DNA of 64,000 nucleotides from Parasitella parasitica NRRL 2501 (lineage: Eukaryota; Fungi; Mucoromycota): contig MU619299.1 in the NCBI GenBank assembly GCA_025201805.1, forward strand, positions 5,604 to 69,603. The letters run 5' to 3'. The position numbers and the translations under genes are program-made. The notes beneath the pieces were generated by a model. That model saw nothing but the letters and a program-made list of their open reading frames with translations, searched no databases and was not told where the DNA came from. Below are positions 49,722 to 63,338 of the stretch, one piece after another. Position 1 is the first letter of the stretch. Each line of letters starts with the position of its first letter.

Positions 49722-52012
49722 ATGTCAGAGTATCGAGGAAAACAAGGTGAATCAATAGAGATACTTACATGTAGATCATAATATACTAATCAAAAGTTCA
49801 ATTTTTTTACAGCATTACATAGTTATATAAATAATAACAGAGTTCCTTATTTCAATGATTTCATCACAGAGAACAAAATGAATTTCATGCAATGGCTGGA
49901 GTACAAGCAGCAGATAGAGCCAATGACCCTTTTTGCATTGTGGCGAAGCCGATTTGCAATGGCCCTACGAGATTATAAAAAGTTGGAGATGAAAGTAGAA
50001 GGGTAAGTAGCTTAATTACTTTGATTGATGTAATAATCTGATAATGAAATGTACGATTTACCAAAAGAAAAGGCACGTATAACAAGGCATTTTGGGAGGA
50101 TATTTTAAAAGGGGCAAAGGCACTCGTAAGTTGCAAATTATTCACAACCATCAATATCTTGATATTAACCACAAAACAAAACAAACTACATTTAGTATGA
50201 TGCAAGAGTTACCTGCACGGTCAACGCAATTGGGGCCGCTGTGATGGCTACTGCTGCCGCCACTACTATGCTAGCCGAGTCCTTTACTACCACTGATAAT
50301 GAACTTGTTGCTGATTCCTCTACTTCCACTGTCGATTATACTACTACTACCGCAGGTAAAGAGAGTACAATAAGAACTGCTGCTGAAACTACCTCTCGAA
50401 GTTATGAAGCGACCAGCACTAGTACTATGACTCCCACCACTGGCGATGACACTATTGCTTCTGCACATCTTACCTGGGATAAGATACCAGCGGACGATCA
50501 TGAATCGCGCTTTCATTATTTGGCCCATAAAAAGGTAAGCGCCATATACTATTTCCATCAGAACTATGCTAGATGTTCTAATTTTTTTAAACAGTGTTCT
50601 CCAAGTGCGCTTTTAAATGAAGAAGAGAAGATGTATTTGAGTGATTACAAAAGCAATGGCTCTCCCAAGGCGGATCTATTATTTATTTGCGCATCTCTAC
50701 TTTTGAAAGAAGAACTCACGTGTGAAGAGGATGCATTGCTCGAGTAAGTAATATAAATAAAAATACGTCTTGCCCATTTTAACGATAAATGTATGCAGAT
50801 TGAGTCTTTCCGGAATTTACAACTATCTAAATCCATATATGAAGAAAGTGTACCAAGAGAAGTTGAATAGAGCACCGCCCTCCACAATAATAACTACAAC
50901 CACTGCCACCAATTCCGTTGCTGAAGTCATGACAAGCGTTCGTAATTTGCTCGACAGTGAGAAAGATATGGATGATATGCTGTATGAAGTACAGTTGGAA
51001 AAAGCCAGACTTGTCAAAGAGAAGCTGAGACACAGTGACATGTACAAGGCACTGGCAATTCTGGAGAAAGTGTAAGTAGAGCAATATACGGAAATCTTGA
51101 ATATACTATTGACAACTGCCAACTACCATTAACAGAATTGAAGACACGCAGCTTTGGAACGAAGCGGGCGACGAGCAGGAGATGACCTTCTACCGACGCT
51201 TCGCTAGCTATCTGGACACACTGCTAATTAAAACTGATCTGAATATGATCGAGTATGTGTATAGAACCAAATTTGATATTTCTCTAATCATATCCCTCTT
51301 ATTTTTCTCAGTGGAGAAACTGGCTGCTCAAGCAGCAAAATTGCAATTGAAACTAACAAACAACTGTTCCACGTCGAAGATTCGTCAGCAACGTACGCAC
51401 GCAAGAACATAGACTTATGTAGTAATGAGTGGAAGAGATCGAAGGTGACTTCAGAGTTGAAATTAAAGCAGCAGTCAAAAAATTTGCGCATAAATGCTTC
51501 CATCATGAACAGCTTGCATGCATTTGGTACCTCTCCCTCATCTCTTTTAGCAATTGATATGATAGGTGATGATATTGTGATTAACCGTAGCGGCAAATTA
51601 TTGACAAAATTATATTCTATAGGTTTACACGGCTATATCTACCTGTTGACAAAAGTGGATGACTACTTCGTTGCAACCCCCCACTCAATCCTTGTAATAC
51701 CAAGACGTTTTGCAGACATTGCATGTATTGAAAATACTCTCCTAGCTCTTTTTAAATTCAAAGTAAGTGTCTTTTTCTTTTACAAGTGCACGGCCGCGTT
51801 GAATTGACATCAAAATTTGATAGCATTTTTACACATCATTGGTTCCTGCATTAAGAAAGAGAATTGCTGCAACTGAGATTTACAGTGATATTGGAAGTGT
51901 TTGCGAGATGGATGCCGCTATCTCTGATAGTACTCATGTCAATCAAAATTTTATATTTTTTAAGTCTAAAAAAAGAAAGCATAGTGCCTCCGAGTCTGAA
52001 GAGGACAACTAG
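49722..52012 (+). CDS. Multi-exon hypothetical protein with a putative restriction-endonuclease-like C-terminus
   Basis: Exons with GT-AG boundaries link MSEYRGKQALHSY.. to ..MTFYRRFASYLD..DGE..TYARKNIDLCSNEWK..QQSKNLRIN..DMIG-LHGYIYLL..ESEEDN*. Internal junctions only partly checked. Confidence 0.6.
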
Positions 52013-52233
52013 AAACTCCCTCACATGAATATTTTCTTGTATTTTATTATTCTTTTTTTATTTTTTTCATCAATAAATTAGTACCATAGTATACCCTTTG
52101 CAGTTAATAATTATCATATAAATTTCATTCATGAATAGCTGGAATATAGTGCATTGACGTGAAATCCTGAGTTAAAGGTTGATTTGATCTATCATAGTCC
52201 AATATATCTTGTATAGTGCACATCTTATTTGAT

Positions 52234-54453
52234 GTCTTTATAAAGCCAGCGTAGACCTTGAGCGCCTGATCTTTTTTTTTTTTTTTTTTTTTTCGGTCAA
52301 GCGAACTTCAGTGTGTTATTGTTGGAAAAAAGACGAAAACTGTAAGAAAACAATTCTTTAGCGATCTCAAACAAAAACAAAAAAAATTAATTTAAAGTAC
52401 TGTATTAGACTATGTGGCACTTTTTAACTACATATTTGCATAGCTTAGACCAAGTTTTTGTACTTTTTAAGTTGATATCAGTTAAACGTAACGACTTTCT
52501 TGACTTTTTTCAGAAAAGTATTTTTCAAAATCTGAGCGTGAGATTGTCAGGCTAGGTACAGACATGCAAGTACTACCATTAAATAGCCAAGAAGCACACA
52601 ATTTAATAATCGAGGTTTCAATTGTTTTTCTTTTGAATTAGTTAAGTTATGGCTTCTCAAAGCTAATGCTTTCTTCAAAAAAAGCACCATTTTTCTTTGA
52701 TGGCGGAGATTAAACGCATCTAAAATTAGGAAGAACAAATTCTTTCAAAAACTCCATTTGGACAATTCGAAACCAAAATTACTCTTTCGAGGCAAGATAT
52801 CATCTCCCGATACTATGCATACCACGGCTGTCAGTTTATGATAATAGATGTATTTTTCGGCGCTCTACAAGATGGTATCATTTCATAATCCTCGTATGCT
52901 TAGAGAAGGAATTCTACCGAGAAAACCTCAAAAGCAAATTAAGAGGAAAAAATCAACATTTTGCTTAATCAAAGCGCATTTCTAGTCTTTTCAGATCAAG
53001 CAATGACCTTTTATGATCATTTTCCTCCAATATATGATATAGTAAAAAGTTGCATTTTTGAGGTCTAAAGTGAGGATAATGCATAATTGATGATTTTGGA
53101 TGTGTGGATACAAGGAAAAAATTGAAAAATCTGTCATTTTGCATCGAAAAATAAATCATGCTCAAATTGCACCAAAATCACATATAATATAGTTGTTTCC
53201 CAATGGATACTATTTCTGGTGTTTTCAGGGCACTTTTGATTATGAAAATCAATCAAAAAATGGCACACGAAGCTAAGGTTTTTGATTTTAAGCTGTAAAA
53301 AATATCTATCTGGAGATGATATCAAGTCAATATCAATTCTATTACATGGCAAAGTCCTATAAAGTAAGTATAGTTGATACCACAAGAATACAATTTTTTA
53401 AGATACCATAATCAAACAGATGTGGCCGATTGAGTTGTAAGCAGAAGATAATAATTAATGAATACAATGTTTTGCTGTGATGACCTCTTTTGATTTGTGA
53501 ATAATTCATAATTACCATTTTTAATTATGAGAATGCCTAATGTCAGTGATTTCAATGCTAATCATGTACAATAGAAAGTAGAGTAGAGGTTAGGATTGAG
53601 GTTGAGGGTAATTGTATTAACAAAAAGTAAAGCTTCATAATAAGCTTCTGATAAATTCCAGGTTCCAGGCACTGCACTTTCAAGTATCAAACTCTGACAA
53701 GGGGTAATTTGCTATACCAAACACATTTTTGCACACCAACCCGTCCTTGATATTGGATATGCTGACTTTACTCAACAGATGTAACATAAAATGATAATGC
53801 GAAGTTACAAAAATAGAGATTGTCATTTGCTGAATCTTCTATGATTTTTCATTGTGTAAATTCATATTTTGACAGATACGTACAAATGAATGCTTTATTA
53901 GTATATACAGTTTAATTTGATATTTTGATGGTTTTGATGGTTTTGTGGTTTTGTGGTTTTGTGGTTTTGTGGTTTTGTGGTTTTGTGGTTTTGTGGTTTT
54001 GTGGTTTTGTGGTTTTGTGGTTTTGTGGTCTAACCATTTTTTTTAGTTTAAATACCTATGCAGTTCTATAGACTTGTCTAAATATTTGGGTTTATATAGA
54101 TGTCTAATATCTAACGGAAATATCTGAAATAGTTAAATTATAGGTCGTTGGTGATTGTTCAGTTTTAGGTATCTAAAGTACATCCTGCAAAATGATTGCT
54201 TGATCAATAATTAGGGCATCGCAATTTCGCATATCATGTTGAGATTTTCCCTCTTCTTTGGTATTTTTAATCTAAAATAGAAATCCTACTTGAAATATTC
54301 TTAAAGAGACATTTCTCTCTCAGAAACTTCTCAGCTTTTATCAAAAATAAAAGGCTTGTTATCAGAAACCCTAATGTATATCATCTCAATCACCATGCCC
54401 TTTGTCATTTACTGGAATTTTTTTCCAGAAACCATAAAAAGACTGTAAATGCA
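52234..54453 (-). repeat. Copy B of the TIR element (left arm of the inverted repeat, 52234-54341, plus outer TIR segment to ~54453)
   Basis: Reverse complement of 57963-60026. Paired ORF coordinates sum to a constant 112304 (53134+59170, 52547+59757), showing colinearity without net indels. Confidence 0.95.
53941..54028 (+). repeat. (TTTTGTGG)11 telomere-like microsatellite
   Basis: 11 perfect 8-mers preceded by two TTTTGATGG variants. Confidence 0.95.
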
Positions 54454-54551
54454 TATTGCTTTGTAAGAACGTGACTAGGAAACCAGCTCTACAGTAATCC
54501 ATCAACTGCGGTTTGGTCAACATTTTCTTCTTGGTTTTTACTCAATCCAAC

Positions 54552-57518
54552 ATGAGCAATAAGAGAAGAATTGATGGTATATACGTGCACATTGAGTCAG
54601 TTGGTATAACACACACTATAGCTGTTTACATATAAATGTAGAGCTCAGTGATGACGAAGATGATGATGATGTTCAATTAGATGATACTTTACAATCAAAG
54701 CTCTTTGGTAAATAAAGAAGATGTGTCCAACATTGTTGTAGCTTTGTATAACTTGTGTAATAGTTCCAAAAAATGCCAATCTCGAAATCAATTCTTTAAA
54801 ATCAGGCAATGAAACCATTGTCGAGTCCAATAAGTCTGATTTCATTTCTCACATCTTTGGTCGTGAAGATTACACCAATCTCCCCTTAAAGCAAGACCAC
54901 GCCTCTAGACCTCTGTGGATCAGTCCTGAGGATGGGCATATTATTTTGGAAGGTTTTTCACCTATTGCGGAGCAGGCTCAAGATTTCTTGGTTGCAATTA
55001 GTGAACCTGTCAGTCGGTAATATTGCTGTTGATTAAAATTTGGGTTTAACAGCGAAGAAACTCATAGTATATTCATAGGCCTGCTCACATTCACGAGTAC
55101 AAACTGACACCCTATTCATTATATGCTGCTGTTTCCGTAGGTTTAGAGACGGAGGATATTATTGAAGTTTTGAATCGTCTTTGCAAGGTGCCTGTTCCTG
55201 ATTCCATCACCCAATTTATTCGTCAATGCACATTGTCATATGGTAAAGTTAAGTTGGTCTTGAAGCATAATCGTTATTATGTCGAATCTTCTCATCCCGA
55301 GACATTGCAAATGCTACTCAAAGATGCTGTTATCAATACGGGTCGTATTGTACGGGACGAAAATGACCAAATTATCAGTGCACCTGCTGGGTCTGCCGCG
55401 CTCTTGGTCAACTCAAAACCCACAGGAAAAGATCTGGCTATTCCTGGTGTCAAAAACCCCACGAAAACAGACGATGGCAGCGTTGAGAAGATTAAGGAAA
55501 TGACAGCCGAAGAAGATGAGCGAAAAAAAGAGGAAGAAAAGTTTTTTGGTGCAGTTGTAGGAATTGATAAAGAAGACGAAGAAGATGATTTTGGCGGGGA
55601 GCAGGTTCATTCGTTTGAAATTGCTGCAGAGCACGTAGAGGTAAATGTGTTTATTATATTTGTGATTTAGATGTAAATACTGATTTGGATGGTATCACAG
55701 AACATCAAAAAAAGATGTAATGACATTGACTATCCCATGTTGGAGGAATACGATTTCCGTAATGACACAGTCAATGCAAATCTCGAAATCGACCTCAAGC
55801 CGACAACCACGATTCGTCCATATCAAGAAAAGAGTCTCTCTAAAATGTTTGGTAATGGGTAATGTATAGCGATCGATTTGATGTATAACTGAGAATGCTC
55901 AGACATTTTGCCAATAATAGCCGTGCTCGTTCTGGAATTATCGTTCTTCCGTGCGGTGCTGGCAAAACTCTTGTTGGCATCACTGCTGCCTGTACTATTA
56001 AAAAGAGCTGTCTTGTGCTGTGTACATCTTCGTAAGCATCTCCCTACAATATAATGTCGCTTCTTGTTGCTAACCTTTCTTTGTAGTGTATCAGTCATGC
56101 AGTGGAAACAGCAATTTTTACAGTGGAGTAGTATCAAGGAAAATCAGGTTGCTGTATTTACATCTGATTGCAAAGAGAAATTTTCTGGTGCATCAGGTAT
56201 CGTAATCTCAACCTATTCGATGGTGGCAAACAAGCGTAAACGTTCGTATGATGCTCAAAAGATGATGGAGTTTTTGGAGTCTCGTGAATGGGGATTTTTA
56301 TTGTTGGATGAAGTGCACGTTGTGCCTGCAAATATGTTTCGAACTGTTGTTACAACCATTGCTGCACACGCCAAGTTGGGGCTGACAGCTACCTTGGTTC
56401 GTGAAGATGAAAAGATTGATGACCTCAACTTTTTGATCGGCCCCAAATTATATGAGGCCAATTGGATGGATTTGGCCAGTCGTGGTCATATTGCAAATGT
56501 ACAGTGTGCCGAAGTATGGTGCCCGATGACGCCCGAATTTTACAAAGAGTATTTGTATGAAAACTCTCGAAAACGTACATTATTATACGTGATGAATCCA
56601 AAGAAGTTTCAAGCCTGCCAATACCTTATTGGATACCACGAGAGACGAGGCGACAAGATTATTGTCTTTTCCGATAACGTATATGCTCTTATCGTAAGTT
56701 GTTGGACCTAATCCACAAAAGTATTAATTGACATAACCTTGTTGGTAGGAATATGCCAAAAAATTAGGAAAACCTTACATTTATGGTGGTACTGGTCAAC
56801 AGGAGCGTATGCGTATTTTGCAAAATTTTCAATACAATCCTGCCGTCAGCACAATCTTTTTGTCGAAGGTTGGCGACACAAGCATCGATTTGCCTGAAGC
56901 TACTTGCTTGATCCAAATCTCTTCTCATTATGGCTCTAGACGGCAGGAAGCCCAGCGTTTGGGCCGTATTTTGAGAGCAAAGAGACGTAACGATGAAGGG
57001 TTCAATGCTTTCTTTTATTCGCTCGTTTCACGCGATACGCAAGAAATGTATTATTCTACAAAGCGCCAGCAGTTTCTAATTGATCAAGGTTATGCTTTCA
57101 AAGTTATCACAAATCTCGAAGGCATGGACAGTGATCCCGACATTGTGTTTAGAACTCATCAAGAGCAAATGGACCTTTTGAAGGCTGTATTATTAACAAA
57201 CGATGTAAGTTGTCGGCTTAAATCAGGTTGTTCCACTTACTAAGAGAAATATAGACTGATCTAAGAGACGAAGAGTTAATTAATGTGGATGATGTTGGTA
57301 AAATTACTGACCGCAAGGTCGCTGCCAAGAACCGAGCATCAGGCCTGGTTAAAAGACAAGTTACGACAACAAAAACTCTTGCTGGTGGTGATAACATGGC
57401 CTACCTTGAATACAACCGCAATTCTGGCGGCCAATTTTCTGGTCGTGGCCGTGGCAATGGCGGCGCTCCTCCGAAGGAACATCACACGCTTTTCAAAAAA
57501 TTCATGGGAAGAAAGTAG
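54552..57518 (+). CDS. SSL2: TFIIH 3'-5' helicase XPB (Ssl2/Rad25)
   Basis: [75 protein letters not shown]. Confidence 0.97.
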
Positions 57519-57962
57519 TTTTGACCAAATTATTAAAAGCCCTTTGTAAATAACCACATGTTTTTGTTACATAAGAATGGCACATTCTAAAGCAGCAGAT
57601 TTATCATTATATTATCCTCTATTACAATCTTGGAAAAAAGAAAATATAGGCACTGTTTTATTTCACATGTCGCAGCAATTCACAACAGGAATCAGCTTTA
57701 AAAACAATGCATTGGCATCTACAAAAGTCGAATGGGTCGAAGCAGGCTGTTGGCATGAATCCTGCTTTTTCTTGACAAAAAGAAGTTCTTTTTAGTTTTT
57801 TCATATGACCAAAACGTAGAATTTAAACTATTTAGACCAGCAATATGGCCCTGATACGAAAAATAAATCCTTTGATAGTACTATAAGATCAAAAGTCCCT
57901 TTTGTGTGTGTGTGTGTTCCTTGAGGAAGGAGGGAACAACATTATAATCTATAGTCTTTTTA

Positions 57963-60677
57963 ATAAAAGCTAAGAAGTTTCTGAGAGAGAAATGTCTCTT
58001 TAAGAATATTTCAAGTAGGATTTCTATTTTAGATTAAAAATACCAAAGAAGAGGGAAAATCTCAACATGATATGCGAAATTGCGATGCCCTAATTATTGA
58101 TCAAGCAATCATTTTGCAGGATGTACTTTAGATACCTAAAACTGAACAATCACCAACGACCTATAATTTAACTATTTCAGATATTTCCGTTAGATATTAG
58201 ACATCTATATAAACCCAAATATTTAGACAAGTCTATAGAACTGCATAGGTATTTAAACTAAAAAAAATGGTTAGACCACAAAACCACAAAACCACAAAAC
58301 CACAAAACCACAAAACCACAAAACCACAAAACCACAAAACCACAAAACCACAAAACCACAAAACCATCAAAACCATCAAAATATCAAATTAAACTGTATA
58401 TACTAATAAAGCATTCATTTGTACGTATCTGTCAAAATATGAATTTACACAATGAAAAATCATAGAAGATTCAGCAAATGACAATCTCTATTTTTGTAAC
58501 TTCGCATTATCATTTTATGTTACATCTGTTGAGTAAAGTCAGCATATCCAATATCAAGGACGGGTTGGTGTGCAAAAATGTGTTTGGTATAGCAAATTAC
58601 CCCTTGTCAGAGTTTGATACTTGAAAGTGCAGTGCCTGGAACCTGGAATTTATCAGAAGCTTATTATGAAGCTTTACTTTTTGTTAATACAATTACCCTC
58701 AACCTCAATCCTAACCTCTACTCTACTTTCTATTGTACATGATTAGCATTGAAATCACTGACATTAGGCATTCTCATAATTAAAAATGGTAATTATGAAT
58801 TATTCACAAATCAAAAGAGGTCATCACAGCAAAACATTGTATTCATTAATTATTATCTTCTGCTTACAACTCAATCGGCCACATCTGTTTGATTATGGTA
58901 TCTTAAAAAATTGTATTCTTGTGGTATCAACTATACTTACTTTATAGGACTTTGCCATGTAATAGAATTGATATTGACTTGATATCATCTCCAGATAGAT
59001 ATTTTTTACAGCTTAAAATCAAAAACCTTAGCTTCGTGTGCCATTTTTTGATTGATTTTCATAATCAAAAGTGCCCTGAAAACACCAGAAATAGTATCCA
59101 TTGGGAAACAACTATATTATATGTGATTTTGGTGCAATTTGAGCATGATTTATTTTTCGATGCAAAATGACAGATTTTTCAATTTTTTCCTTGTATCCAC
59201 ACATCCAAAATCATCAATTATGCATTATCCTCACTTTAGACCTCAAAAATGCAACTTTTTACTATATCATATATTGGAGGAAAATGATCATAAAAGGTCA
59301 TTGCTTGATCTGAAAAGACTAGAAATGCGCTTTGATTAAGCAAAATGTTGATTTTTTCCTCTTAATTTGCTTTTGAGGTTTTCTCGGTAGAATTCCTTCT
59401 CTAAGCATACGAGGATTATGAAATGATACCATCTTGTAGAGCGCCGAAAAATACATCTATTATCATAAACTGACAGCCGTGGTATGCATAGTATCGGGAG
59501 ATGATATCTTGCCTCGAAAGAGTAATTTTGGTTTCGAATTGTCCAAATGGAGTTTTTGAAAGAATTTGTTCTTCCTAATTTTAGATGCGTTTAATCTCCG
59601 CCATCAAAGAAAAATGGTGCTTTTTTTGAAGAAAGCATTAGCTTTGAGAAGCCATAACTTAACTAATTCAAAAGAAAAACAATTGAAACCTCGATTATTA
59701 AATTGTGTGCTTCTTGGCTATTTAATGGTAGTACTTGCATGTCTGTACCTAGCCTGACAATCTCACGCTCAGATTTTGAAAAATACTTTTCTGAAAAAAG
59801 TCAAGAAAGTCGTTACGTTTAACTGATATCAACTTAAAAAGTACAAAAACTTGGTCTAAGCTATGCAAATATGTAGTTAAAAAGTGCCACATAGTCTAAT
59901 ACANNNNNNNNNNNNNNNNNNNNNNNNNNNNNNNNNNNNNNNNNNNNNNNNNNNNNNNNNNNNNNNNNNNNNNAAAAAAAAAAAAAAAGATCAGGCGCTC
60001 AAGGTCTACGCTGGCTTTATAAAGACGCACATTTTTGAACCATTCCAATATTATGGAAAATATGGCACAGGTTTAACTAGTTGTTCTACTGTGCAACTGG
60101 ATATAGAGAATCCGGCTTGGTACTTGTCGGATAAGATCTTCTACACTAGAAGACGCTAGATCAACTGAAAGTATAAGAAAGTGACAGAGAAAAAGAAACA
60201 ATCTGCCACACCCATTCATAAAAAATTATCTGTATAGAAATTTATGAAATTTCAAGCACATAAATGAACCTTGCTGTTCGTTCCTGAATCCTTTTAAAGG
60301 TTTTAGATCCAAAGTCAACAGATATACCGTATTTACACCCAGAGTCACAGATGTTTGTCAATAGGCAACCGTAATCTTTTTCAAAAACTACTTTGAACTT
60401 GAAGATATGATGCAGATAGCTTATTTTACAATACATTCTCTTAATATTTTCACTACGAATGAAACAAATTAAAGCAATTACTCTTTTTCTCTAAATATGG
60501 AAATCCCCACTTAAAAATCTTTTTAGGGAGACATTTTTCCTCTTTCAGAAACTTCTTAGCTTTAATCAGAAGTAAAAGGTTTGTTATCAGAAACCCTAAT
60601 GTATATCATCACAATCACCATGACCTTTATCATTTACTTGACCTTTTTTTTTAGAAACTGCAAAATGACAGTAGCAT
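57963..60677 (+). mobile_element. Copy C of the unclassified TIR-bearing non-autonomous element (right arm 57963-60026 plus unique right end)
   Basis: Right end (~60485-60677) is an imperfect inverted match to its left end and a direct match to 54265-54453. No intact transposase and no TSD found. Confidence 0.75.
58276..58363 (+). repeat. (CCACAAAA)11 microsatellite, mirror of 53941-54028
   Basis: Same unit number and same two variant units as in copy B. Confidence 0.95.
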
Positions 60678-60924
60678 TAGTATAAATCTGAGCTGTATCA
60701 TTAGCCACGTGCTTTCTCATCAAATCAAACATCAGTAACAAGCTTCGATGCAAAAAAAAACTATAACGATGATACATGCACCTACAAAGGCTGGTTTCCG
60801 ATAGATATACTTGCAAAAAACGCTACGATCAATCATAGACTTTATTTCGTTTCACAAGCAAATTCAACGCTTCGAAACAAATGGAAGAAATCGACCAAGA
60901 ACAAAATAGATGCGGCCTGATATT

Positions 60925-61437
60925 TCAGCTCGGATGCACTCGTAAGTGCCTCTTCATGTTGCTCTGGACGCTAAATTTTCGCCTGCAGCCTAAATAAGTG
61001 CAATGGAAAGGCTTTTCTCCGGTATGCGAATATACATGGATTTTTAAAGAGGAAGGCCTCGTAAACTTCTTGGTGCAAAATCTGCAGCCGTACTGTTTCC
61101 TTTTAGTAGTCTTGCTGTCTTTTTTTATAAGACTAGAACTTGGTCCTTTGTCTGTTTCATCATCTGTGGTGGAAAGCGATGAGGATACTAGCGATGATTC
61201 AGATGTTGACGAATAAAGCATCGATGACATGCCAAAGGACCTCGAAAATGGTGGAGGGAGTATGTGTGAAGAAGAAGAAGCCGAGAAATGTAGTGTGTTT
61301 GTCGCTGATTTCAGCTGCACAGGTAAGACAGCTTCCATGTAGAAAATGGACGGCTGAATTGGATCTGGCAATTTAGAAGCTGTGGTTGGAGAAATAAGAA
61401 TGGAAGCACCATGTATGTCTTTAATGCAGCAATGCAT
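60925..61437 (-). CDS. C2H2 zinc finger transcription factor (two fingers)
   Basis: YGCRFCTKKFTRPSSLKIHVYSH-TGEKP-FHCTYLGCRRKFSVQSNMKRHLRVH. Confidence 0.88.
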   Translation of the reverse strand: MHCCIKDIHGASILISPTTASKLPDPIQPSIFYMEAVLPVQLKSATNTLHFSASSSSHILPPPFSRSFGMSSMLYSSTSESSLVSSSLSTTDDETDKGPSSSLIKKDSKTTKRKQYGCRFCTKKFTRPSSLKIHVYSHTGEKPFHCTYLGCRRKFSVQSNMKRHLRVHPS

Positions 61438-61682
61438 TAGATACTATTAAATATTGTTCTGCTCATTCAAGGATATTTCACCTTTTCTTTTCTGTTCTAT
61501 GTGAATCATTGGCAAGTTTAGATTTTCACTCTGCTGATCTTGATGCATTTTTAAGAGATGAAAAAAATGCACATCATAATACTTGGATATACATATATAT
61601 ACAGAAAGAAAAAAAAAAAGTTCCGTTTATTAGCATTTGACAACTATTACATCTCGAAAAGGTTGCAACAAACACAGGTATT

Positions 61683-63338
<1,656 letters not shown>

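Noticed and set aside
52547-53385. Short identical ORFs in both repeat arms (63-83 aa) as functional genes
   Set aside because: No recognisable motifs, and they are not preserved as the same open frames in copy A; identity simply reflects the DNA duplication.
53941-54028. Regular short repeats as a possible CRISPR array or true chromosome end
   Set aside because: No spacers, eukaryotic context, and the array is internal with ordinary sequence on both sides.
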